Shown here in pieces: positions 11,856 to 19,931 of a stretch of DNA of 64,000 nt. This stretch comes from an uncultured Lactobacillus sp. (GTDB taxonomy: Bacteria; Bacillota; Bacilli; Lactobacillales; Lactobacillaceae). The stretch covers positions 3,817-67,816 of the forward strand of contig CANOGU010000006.1 in NCBI GenBank assembly GCA_947565635.1. Direction: 5' to 3'. The position numbers were made by a program, and so were the translations under genes. Position 1 is the first letter of the stretch. Every line of letters starts with the position of its first letter. The notes under the pieces were generated by a model. The model had not been told where the DNA came from and searched no databases. It saw nothing but the letters and a program-made list of their open reading frames with translations.

Positions 11856-12782
11856 ATGAATAAAGTTACAATTGTTGGGTCAATTAACGTTGATAATATT
11901 ATGCATATTAAGAAACTTCCTCAACCAGGAGAAACGATAGCAATGTCTGAATTTTCAAAAGCTGCTGGTGGTAAGGGAGCAAATCAAGCCGTAGCAAGTA
12001 GTCGAGCAAAAAATGAAACAATTTTTGTTGGACGTGTTGGGGATGATGACAATGGTCGCTTTATGCTTGAACAATTTAAAGAAAATGGAATTAATGTTGA
12101 CCATGTAGCTATAACTCCAAACCAACAAACTGGACAAGCTTATATTTTGCTTCAAGAGACAGGACAAAATTCAATTATTATTCAACATGGTGCAAATTTT
12201 GACGTAACAGCAGCAGATGTTAGAAATGCGAAGAGTCAAATTGAAGATAGTGATTTTGTGATTGCTCAATTTGAAACACCAATTGAAGCAACTATTGAAG
12301 CTTTTAAGATTGCTAGAGAAGCTGGTAAAATTACTATTTTAAATCCTGCACCTGCTCGTACTGATATCCCAGAAGAATTATTAGAGTTAACCGACTTGAT
12401 TACTCCTAATGAAACTGAAGCTGAGAGTATTACAGGAATTAAAGTTGACAGTGAAGAGTCAATGAAGAAGAGCAGTGAAATTTTTCATCAAATGGGAATT
12501 AAGGGTGTAATTATCACAATTGGTGAACGTGGATCTTATGTTTCTTATGAAGATATTGAAGAAATTGTTCCAGCTTTCAAAGTAAAGGCAGTTGATACAA
12601 CAGCAGCTGGTGATACATTCTTAGGTGCTTTATCTAGCGAATTGAAGCCTGATTTAAGTAACTTAAGAGATAGTGTGATTTATGCATCCAAATCATCCTC
12701 ATTTACAGTTCAAAAATTAGGTGCATTTCCATCTATTCCAACTAGAGAAGTAGTTGAAGAAGCTTTGAAGGAGAAAAACTAA
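11856..12782 (+). CDS. rbsK: Ribokinase
   Basis: GSINVD, GGKGANQA, NPAPA, DTTAAGDTF. Confidence 0.92.
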   Translation: MNKVTIVGSINVDNIMHIKKLPQPGETIAMSEFSKAAGGKGANQAVASSRAKNETIFVGRVGDDDNGRFMLEQFKENGINVDHVAITPNQQTGQAYILLQETGQNSIIIQHGANFDVTAADVRNAKSQIEDSDFVIAQFETPIEATIEAFKIAREAGKITILNPAPARTDIPEELLELTDLITPNETEAESITGIKVDSEESMKKSSEIFHQMGIKGVIITIGERGSYVSYEDIEEIVPAFKVKAVDTTAAGDTFLGALSSELKPDLSNLRDSVIYASKSSSFTVQKLGAFPSIPTREVVEEALKEKN

Positions 12783-13480
12783 TGAATAAGACAGAGCAAG
12801 ATCAATTAAAAAAAGAAGCAGCTACTAAAGCAGCTAAAATGGTAGAGCCTAATTCTGTTTTAGGAGTTGGAACAGGCTCAACAGTTGCATTTTTCATCGA
12901 TGCATTAGGTGAACGCAAAGAAAAAGAAGGGTTTAGTTTAAAGCATATTGTTACTACTTCTAATCGTAGTAAGAAGCAACTTGAAGGACTGGGCTTTAAG
13001 GTTGATGAGTTAGCAGATATTGATCAAGCTGATTTAACAGTAGATGGCGCTGATCGAGTAGACGATAATTTAGATGGAATTAAAGGCGGCGGTGGTGCCT
13101 TAACTTTAGAAAAAAATGTTGCTATCAACTCAAAAAAGATTATTTGGATTGTTGATGAATCAAAACTTGTTCATCACTTAAGTGGCTTTCCGCTTCCAGT
13201 TGAAGTATTACCAGTATCTGCTGAACAAAACTTTAAGCGTTTTGAAGCAGAAGGTTTGAAGCCTCAATGGCGTTTAGATGATGAGGGTAAGCGTTATGTA
13301 ACGCATTACGGTAATTACATCATTGATTTAGCTGCTGACCCAACTCCAGTACCACATGGTTTAGCTGACTATCTAGATCATACAGTTGGTGTAGTTGAGC
13401 ACGGTTTGTTTTTAGACATGTGTGATGAAGTTATCATTGCGCATAGTGATGGTACAATCGAAGATAAGAAGAAAAAATAA
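12782..13480 (+). CDS. rpiA: Ribose-5-phosphate isomerase A
   Basis: GVGTGST, DGAD, KGGGGAL..EK, GVVEHGLF. Confidence 0.93.
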   Translation: MNKTEQDQLKKEAATKAAKMVEPNSVLGVGTGSTVAFFIDALGERKEKEGFSLKHIVTTSNRSKKQLEGLGFKVDELADIDQADLTVDGADRVDDNLDGIKGGGGALTLEKNVAINSKKIIWIVDESKLVHHLSGFPLPVEVLPVSAEQNFKRFEAEGLKPQWRLDDEGKRYVTHYGNYIIDLAADPTPVPHGLADYLDHTVGVVEHGLFLDMCDEVIIAHSDGTIEDKKKK

Positions 13481-13545
13481 TTAATTTGGGCTCATTATAA
13501 AAATGAGTCCTTATTTGTTTAACTAATACTAATCAAGGTATAAAT

Positions 13546-14358
13546 ATGACGATTGGAGAAGCTTTAAAAGCAGAAAGAAAGAGATTGGGATTAAGCCAGT
13601 CTCAAATGACAGGAAATTTAATAACGAAATCACATTATTCAAAAATTGAACGTGGCTTGTTTGACATTAGAACAAATGAATTATTAACAATTTTAAATTT
13701 ACATAACATTGATGTGGTTGAATTTTTTAAAAAGATTTCTGTTACTAATCAAGAAGAAAATACGAAAGCCTATTTAGCCCAGCTTCATGCAGCTTATTAC
13801 ACGAGAAATATTGAGAAAATTGAGCAAATTAGTAATAAATTGAAAAATAAACAACCAAAAACACTAGAGTTAAAAAATTTAGAAGCACAAGCATCTCTTT
13901 TAAAAGCTTACTTTACAAACAGTATTGATACATTATCGGATAAATCAAAAGAAAATATTAAAAGAATTATTTTTAGTAATGATGAATGGCAAGTAGAAGA
14001 TTTAAGGCTATTTGCAATTGCTATATCACTTTTTGATATTTCTGAATTGAATTCGGTGGTAAAATCTATTATTAGTCGCCATTTTAATTTGAATTTGGAA
14101 GAAAAGGAATTTAGGTTAGTTTTATCTGCGATACTAGTAAATTTTTTATCTTATTCTGTTAAAGTTCAAAATTCAGATATTCAATTGATCAAGAAAGTAT
14201 TTCAGGTACTAGATAATTTAAATGGAGAACCGGATAATTGTTTTGCAAAATTAATGACTTTATATTATCGAGAATATTTTGCAGAAAATAGCAAAAATAT
14301 GGAAGAAATTATAAAAGTCATAAGAAATAGCGGAATGGATAAAATATTAAAAAAGTAA
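13546..14358 (+). CDS. Rgg/GadR/MutR (RopB-like) peptide-responsive transcriptional regulator
   Basis: N-terminal XRE HTH (IGEALK..RK..GLSQ..M..YSKIERG) plus helical C-terminal domain with W...DLRLF and ILVNF motifs; 270 aa. Confidence 0.82.
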   Translation: MTIGEALKAERKRLGLSQSQMTGNLITKSHYSKIERGLFDIRTNELLTILNLHNIDVVEFFKKISVTNQEENTKAYLAQLHAAYYTRNIEKIEQISNKLKNKQPKTLELKNLEAQASLLKAYFTNSIDTLSDKSKENIKRIIFSNDEWQVEDLRLFAIAISLFDISELNSVVKSIISRHFNLNLEEKEFRLVLSAILVNFLSYSVKVQNSDIQLIKKVFQVLDNLNGEPDNCFAKLMTLYYREYFAENSKNMEEIIKVIRNSGMDKILKK

Positions 14359-14394
14359 AAATAAAAAGTGTTAAATTTAACACTTTTTATTTTT
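14357..14394. promoter_or_regulatory. Perfect 38-bp palindrome; candidate regulator operator and/or rgg terminator
   Basis: AAAAATAAAAAGTGTTAAA|TTTAACACTTTTTATTTTT, no spacer, about 70 bp upstream of the micro-ORF. Confidence 0.55.
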
Positions 14395-14461
14395 TTATAA
14401 GAATTAATTTTAATATAAGTACATAAAGAAAGTTAGTTAAAACTGAAATGGAGGTATTCAG

Positions 14462-14488
14462 ATGTTTATTCCCTGGTATCCACTTTAA
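14462..14488 (+). CDS. Putative leaderless signalling peptide MFIPWYPL (8 aa)
   Basis: GGAGGT at 14450-14455, 6 nt before ATG TTT ATT CCC TGG TAT CCA CTT TAA; lies between rgg and the biosynthetic genes. Confidence 0.72.
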   Translation: MFIPWYPL

Positions 14489-14505
14489 ATAGATGAATTG
14501 GTGAG

Positions 14506-16014
14506 ATGATAACGATGAAAATAATGAATATTAATTTGATTAAGAATATAGAATATGCAGAATTACTATCACAACCGGAAAACTCGAAATTATCAAAATT
14601 AATATTAAAAAAATTGAAAAGTTTACCAGATTATGAAGTTAAACAAAATAATTTTTTTATAGAATGTATTTCTACTAAAAATATTATGAAAGAACAAGGG
14701 TGGAAAATTCATATTTCAGCTTCTAATAATAATTATATCCACATTTTAAAAGAAGTAATTAGAATAATAGTTCCACTGAATGTTTCTTTTAAATGGGTTT
14801 CTATTAAGAATAGAAATATTATGTTAACCAAAGATTTTTTGAGAGAACAGGCTGGAAAATTCATTACTATTTATCCTCAGAATAATATTCAGTTTCAAGT
14901 TTTATGCAGGATATTTCAAAAAAAATTACGTCAATATAGTGGTGTTCCTATTTTGACAGATAAGTCTATAGGAAATGTAATATCAATTAGATATGGTGGT
15001 TTTAAGAAAATATTGGATTACGATAATGAAGGAGATGGAATATATTGTATAAGAGATACAAACAAAAAATTGGTGTATGACAGAAGAGAAATTGGAATTT
15101 ATAAACCTGAGTGGATAACTGAGAATTTTGTAAAACCATTAAATAATCTATATCCAAAACAAAAATCTAAGTTATTAGAACAATATAATTTTAAAAATGC
15201 ACTTCAATTTACTAATTATGGTGGGGTTTATGAAGCAATTCAAAAGAAAGATAATTTACACGTTGTAATTAAAGAAGCAAAAAAATATTTTGGAGGAAAT
15301 ATATTTAATAATAGTTTCCCTAAGGATGTAAGATCAATTCGTAGAAATGAATATTTAATTTTACAAAAAATTAGTTTAATAAATGCTACTCCTAAACCAA
15401 TAAGTTACTTTAAAGAAAAGTCAGGAGATTATCTAGTCGAAAAATATGTTAGTGGAGATCTTCTAAGAACATTACGTCTTGAAAATCCATTGTATTATCC
15501 AAATGCTACAGAAGATGAGTATAATCAATATTTAAAGAAATTATCCCATATATTTTTGGATTTATACTTTAAAATCAATAAAATAAACAAAAATGGGATT
15601 ATATTAAATGATCTTACGCCAAATAATATTATCGTAGATTTAAAAACGAATTCAGCTAAAATAATTGATTTAGAAAGTAGTGTTGATCTGTCCTGTGAAA
15701 AACCTACCTATCCTTTATTTGTTACGCCGGGGTATTCAGAATATTTTTATTCAAAAAAACTTAGCACAAACGATGATTTCTCATGGGTCATGTGTTTAAT
15801 AGATATGTTGATAGCACGGGCACAACTACTAAATATTAATATTAAGTTAATAATTCAATCACTAGAATTTTGTAGAGAAATACAAGATTCATGGGCGCAA
15901 TTATGTACCCATTTAATCTTGTATCTAGAACATTATAAAAATAATTCTAAGACACAAAATTGTATAAAAGAAATATTAAGCGATCTAAACAAGGAAATTC
16001 AAATTTATGGATGA
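14506..16014 (+). CDS. Lanthipeptide synthetase, lyase + Ser/Thr kinase domains (N-terminal part of a split LanKC)
   Basis: Lyase motifs QGWKIHISA, GKFITIYP, RYGGF; kinase motifs GGVY, VVIKEA, DLTPNNII, IDLE, TPGY; start may be 14515. Confidence 0.88.
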   Translation: MITMKIMNINLIKNIEYAELLSQPENSKLSKLILKKLKSLPDYEVKQNNFFIECISTKNIMKEQGWKIHISASNNNYIHILKEVIRIIVPLNVSFKWVSIKNRNIMLTKDFLREQAGKFITIYPQNNIQFQVLCRIFQKKLRQYSGVPILTDKSIGNVISIRYGGFKKILDYDNEGDGIYCIRDTNKKLVYDRREIGIYKPEWITENFVKPLNNLYPKQKSKLLEQYNFKNALQFTNYGGVYEAIQKKDNLHVVIKEAKKYFGGNIFNNSFPKDVRSIRRNEYLILQKISLINATPKPISYFKEKSGDYLVEKYVSGDLLRTLRLENPLYYPNATEDEYNQYLKKLSHIFLDLYFKINKINKNGIILNDLTPNNIIVDLKTNSAKIIDLESSVDLSCEKPTYPLFVTPGYSEYFYSKKLSTNDDFSWVMCLIDMLIARAQLLNINIKLIIQSLEFCREIQDSWAQLCTHLILYLEHYKNNSKTQNCIKEILSDLNKEIQIYG

Positions 16015-17119
16015 TGTGAGTATATTATGTCAAAAAACTTTAATAAGTGGAAAAAATCGATTAATAGATATTTTAAGTCAAAAAAATTATATGTCTAAAC
16101 TGACCCCGTATTTTTCCAATACCTATAATTTTTTATATGGTACAGCGGGAGTATTGTATGGATTACAGCAGTTTGATGAATCTATTCCTCAAGACTTATT
16201 AGACGCTACTTTAGAGAAAATAAAAAGTAAAGATAATGAAGTTCTTCCCTCGTCACTTTCGCGAGGTAAATTGGCTCCAATGATAGTGATTTATCGTCTA
16301 ACGCTAGATCCAAATTTGGAAAATAAAATATCAAATTTATTAAATTGTGAATTTTCTAGGATTGCTTTCTCTAAAAAAATATCTTTTTCTCTGGACAATG
16401 GATTAAGTGGAATAGGTATATTATCTTTAATAATGTATGAAATAACCCAAAAAGAGTATTATCTTTCTATTCCGGATATTATTGTAAAAATCATTTTACA
16501 ACAAAAGATTATTTTATCTACATTTGGTTTAGCTTATGGAAACACAGGGGTAGCTGTATTTCTAATTAAGTATTATAAGTACAGAAAGAAAATTTCTATA
16601 CTTAAACAGTCAAAAAAATATATATTAACAGATATCCAAAAAGGTCAATTAATAAATGGAAAAAATAAATTAAGAGGAATTAGATGCAATTTAAAATCTA
16701 ATATACCTTACATATACATTCCCTATGGTACTGCCGGTATAATTAAGACTACTTTGTTATATTTAGGAGAAATAGATGATCTTGGTTTGAGAAAAGAATT
16801 AAATTTTTTAGTAAATTCATTGAAGGTGTCGTCTACATTGCAGTCTGGCTATGCTTTTGGTACAGCGGGTATTATTTCAACTTTAAATGATATTTTAAAA
16901 TTTGATAAAACTGATCCGTACCAGGTAAGAATATATTTTGAAAAGTTAATTCGATCATTATTATCGACAGGCTTTAAAATGAAAAATCAAATTATTTTTT
17001 CTGGTGATCAAAACTTTAAAGAATTTATAGATTACGGATCTGGTTCAATGGGAATCTTATTAACTTTAAAAAAGATTATCGATAATCAAGAATTTGATCC
17101 TATTTTTAAAGATTTGTAA
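16007..17119 (+). CDS. LanC-like cyclase lacking Zn ligands (C-terminal part of a split class III LanKC)
   Basis: Repeated GxxG barrel motifs LYGTAGV, NGLSGIG, YGNTGV, YGTAGI, FGTAGI, DYGSGSMGI; no WCxG/CHG motifs. Confidence 0.82.
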   Translation: MDDVSILCQKTLISGKNRLIDILSQKNYMSKLTPYFSNTYNFLYGTAGVLYGLQQFDESIPQDLLDATLEKIKSKDNEVLPSSLSRGKLAPMIVIYRLTLDPNLENKISNLLNCEFSRIAFSKKISFSLDNGLSGIGILSLIMYEITQKEYYLSIPDIIVKIILQQKIILSTFGLAYGNTGVAVFLIKYYKYRKKISILKQSKKYILTDIQKGQLINGKNKLRGIRCNLKSNIPYIYIPYGTAGIIKTTLLYLGEIDDLGLRKELNFLVNSLKVSSTLQSGYAFGTAGIISTLNDILKFDKTDPYQVRIYFEKLIRSLLSTGFKMKNQIIFSGDQNFKEFIDYGSGSMGILLTLKKIIDNQEFDPIFKDL

Positions 17120-17143
17120 ATATTTTGAAAGAAGGTGAGAAAC

Positions 17144-17272
17144 ATGAAAAACATTGAAACTGTAGTAGATTTGCAAGATTTGCAATCTATTCCAATGAAA
17201 GATCACAAAGCAACAGCAAATGATAATCATTTTGCAAGTAGTTTAAGTTGTGGATGTTCTGCATTTCATTAA
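17144..17272 (+). CDS. Class III lanthipeptide precursor, 42 aa: MKNIETVVDLQDLQSIPMKDHKATANDNHFASSLSCGCSAFH
   Basis: GAAGGTGA RBS; VVDLQDL leader motif; S-x-x-S-x-x-C core; located between cyclase and exporter. Confidence 0.88.
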   Translation: MKNIETVVDLQDLQSIPMKDHKATANDNHFASSLSCGCSAFH

Positions 17273-17284
17273 TAAAGTATTCAT

Positions 17285-17316
17285 AAATAAGAATGTTAGT
17301 AATAACATTCTTATTT
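17285..17316 (+). terminator. Stem-loop after the precursor gene
   Basis: AAATAAGAATGTTA-GTAA-TAACATTCTTATTT perfect 14-bp stem. Confidence 0.65.
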
Positions 17317-17340
17317 TGTCTCTAATTAGGAGAAAAGGGT

Positions 17341-18915
17341 ATGAAAATCAACTTCAAATGGATAATTAAAAATCTTCCTATTTGGTTAATCGGATTAATT
17401 ATAATTTTTTTAATTTTAGGTGGTTTTGAAGGTGTAGTAAATGGAATTATTTTAGGACAATTTCCAAATCTTGTGGATGCATCTTCAAACAAATTAATCT
17501 TATTTTTGATTCAAAGTAGTGGAATTTTCTGTATTGTCTATACAGCTTTAGTTTTGAAAAATATACTCTTAAATTATGCACGGAAAATTTTAAGAGTTTC
17601 TCTAAAAAAAACTATGCTTCTAAGTAGTTTTTCAAATCATCAAGAAACAGAAAAAGGTTTGAATCAAATTAGTAATGATGCAGCCAAAATCGATGAGAAT
17701 TATTTCTCTCTAATTGCCGAGATTTTATCTACTGCTGTGGCAGCAGTTATTTCGACTATTTATGTATTACAGGTTAATATTCTAATGGGAATTATTTTTG
17801 TAACCTTTTCTTGTCTAAGTTTAATCCCGATGCTTTTTGGTAAGAAAAAACTTGGAAGGCTAGGAGACGAATGGAGTAAAAGTAATACTAAGGTAATGCA
17901 TACGGCTGGTGACTGGCTTCGTGGCTTTAGAGATATTTTGCAATATAATGCACAAAGAACATTCTTTAATCATGTTTCCTCTACAATTAATCAAAGTGAA
18001 AGTATTCTTTTAAAGCAAGAAAATTTACAGTGGCTTGTGCAATATGTAAACTTATTGTTTACAATTTTAGCATTAGTAGGTCCATGGGCTATTGGCTTCT
18101 ACTTTATTGTCAACCACTTATTTAACGTTACAATTAGTGCACTTCTTTCCTTAACTCTTTCTGCAAATAGTGTAGTTCAAAATTTTCGGATTTTAATGCA
18201 GTGTTGGTCAGAAGTAGCCGGAACAACAAATATACGTAAGATTGATGAAATTAACGAAGATATTTTAGAGCAATCAAAAATAGAATTATGTAAGCCGAAT
18301 ATTAAGTTGGAAAATATCAATGTAACATATGATGAGCGAGTAATTTATAATAATCTAAATTTTGATATTCCTTACGGTAGTAAGATTTTACTACAAGGAC
18401 CATCAGGAGCAGGGAAGAGTACATTTTTGAATTTAATAGCTGGTGTAATCAAGCCTAATAAAGGAAAAGTGTTGATTAATAAAAGAAAACCAAATTTAGC
18501 TGATATAACATATATTGCGCAGACGCCATGGATTTTTGAGGGAACAATCAGAGATAATTTATGTTTAGGCGAAAAATATTCTGATAAAGAGCTAATGAAA
18601 ATCTTGGAAAAAGTAGGATTAGTAGCAGAACTAGGAGAAAATATCCTTAATAGAAAAATAAATCCAACTCAGGAAAATATTTCGGGCGGACAAAAGCAAA
18701 GATTAGTAATTGCTCGTGCACTTTTAAGAAATAAATCTATTATTTTACTTGATGAAATCACTGCTGCTTTAGATGATAAGAATAGTGATAAGATTAGAGA
18801 ACTAGTATATCAAGTCCCTGGAACAATTATTGAAAGTGCACACCATATTAATAATCGCCTTCTTGATAAATATAGCTTTGTTAAAAAGACAGTTAAAGAT
18901 CAAAAACTAATATAA
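17341..18915 (+). CDS. ABC exporter (fused TMD + ATPase, no C39 peptidase domain), likely lanthipeptide export
   Basis: N-terminal TM helices; GPSGAGKST, ISGGQKQR, LLDE; AGGAG RBS. Confidence 0.82.
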   Translation: MKINFKWIIKNLPIWLIGLIIIFLILGGFEGVVNGIILGQFPNLVDASSNKLILFLIQSSGIFCIVYTALVLKNILLNYARKILRVSLKKTMLLSSFSNHQETEKGLNQISNDAAKIDENYFSLIAEILSTAVAAVISTIYVLQVNILMGIIFVTFSCLSLIPMLFGKKKLGRLGDEWSKSNTKVMHTAGDWLRGFRDILQYNAQRTFFNHVSSTINQSESILLKQENLQWLVQYVNLLFTILALVGPWAIGFYFIVNHLFNVTISALLSLTLSANSVVQNFRILMQCWSEVAGTTNIRKIDEINEDILEQSKIELCKPNIKLENINVTYDERVIYNNLNFDIPYGSKILLQGPSGAGKSTFLNLIAGVIKPNKGKVLINKRKPNLADITYIAQTPWIFEGTIRDNLCLGEKYSDKELMKILEKVGLVAELGENILNRKINPTQENISGGQKQRLVIARALLRNKSIILLDEITAALDDKNSDKIRELVYQVPGTIIESAHHINNRLLDKYSFVKKTVKDQKLI

Positions 18916-18920
18916 TTTTT

Positions 18921-18950
18921 AAAAGACTTGACCAGTTCAAGTCTTTTTTT
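18921..18950 (+). terminator. Rho-independent terminator closing the lanthipeptide operon
   Basis: AAAAGACTTGA-CCAGT-TCAAGTCTTTT followed by a T run. Confidence 0.7.
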
Positions 18951-19007
18951 GTAACAAATCTTAGTTCATAATAAATATGATACGTAAATTTAGAAAGAAG
19001 GACCTTT

Positions 19008-19931
19008 ATGTCAAAAAAGCCCTTAATTATTAGTACAGATCCAGGTATTGACGATATTGCTGCAATGACAATCAGTCTTTTTGCAGATGAACTTGATGTT
19101 AAAATGATTGTTCCAACCTGGGGAAATGTTTCTTTAGCTCATACTTTACAAAACACTCTTGATTTAGAGAACTTTTTACACACAAAAGTTCCTGTAGTCA
19201 AGGGCGCTAATCAGCCACTAGTGCGTCCAGCCATTAGTGCAGCTTCTGTTCATGGTGAAACGGGAATTGCTGGCTTTGAATTTGAAAAAGCTAGCGATGA
19301 GTTATTAGAGCCAGGACTTGCTGCTACTAAGATGTATGAAGCAATTAAAAACAGTCCTGAAAAAGTTACTTTATTAGGAGTTGGTCCTTTAACTGACTTT
19401 GCCCTTTTATTTAAGCAATACCCTGATGTGGTAGAAAATATTGCTGAAATTTATATTATGGGTGGAAACATTGGGCATGGAAACCATAGTCCATTTGCGG
19501 AATATAATATTGCAGGTGATCCAGAAGCAGCACAGATAGTTTTCCATTCCGGCTTGCCAGTTTATGTAGCTCCACTTGAAATTGGAGATAAAGCTCATTT
19601 AACTCAAGATCAGATGGACAAGATTAAAGAATGCGGCGAAGTTGGTAAAATGCTTTATTCGATGTTTTCTAATATTCATGAACCTGATGGAGATACTCGA
19701 ATTAAGATTTATGATCCGACAGCGGTTGGAATTATGCTTCATCCTGAATTCTTTACTTTAAAGCCAGCTAATGTTGAAATTGAATTAGCTGGACGCTATA
19801 CATATGGTGCTAGTGTGATGGATTTCTTAAGTGAAAAACATAATGCACAGATTGCAACCGACGTTGATACAGAGAAGTTTGCAGCTTGGTTCATTGATAG
19901 TATCAAGACTGCTAATAATGGGAGAAAATAA
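19008..19931 (+). CDS. Nucleoside hydrolase (RihC-like)
   Basis: DPGIDD, GNV, VHGETG, AEYNI..DPEAA. Confidence 0.88.
   Translation: MSKKPLIISTDPGIDDIAAMTISLFADELDVKMIVPTWGNVSLAHTLQNTLDLENFLHTKVPVVKGANQPLVRPAISAASVHGETGIAGFEFEKASDELLEPGLAATKMYEAIKNSPEKVTLLGVGPLTDFALLFKQYPDVVENIAEIYIMGGNIGHGNHSPFAEYNIAGDPEAAQIVFHSGLPVYVAPLEIGDKAHLTQDQMDKIKECGEVGKMLYSMFSNIHEPDGDTRIKIYDPTAVGIMLHPEFFTLKPANVEIELAGRYTYGASVMDFLSEKHNAQIATDVDTEKFAAWFIDSIKTANNGRK

Noticed and set aside
13480-13545. att sites or target duplication at lanthipeptide island borders
   Set aside because: No direct repeat shared with the right border and no integrase or transposase seen; island status rests on composition and context only.
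16007-17119. Class I LanC or class IV LanL assignment
   Set aside because: No WCxG/CHG zinc ligands and no LanB; the C-terminal FSGDQ...DYGSGSMG resembles the class III cyclase.
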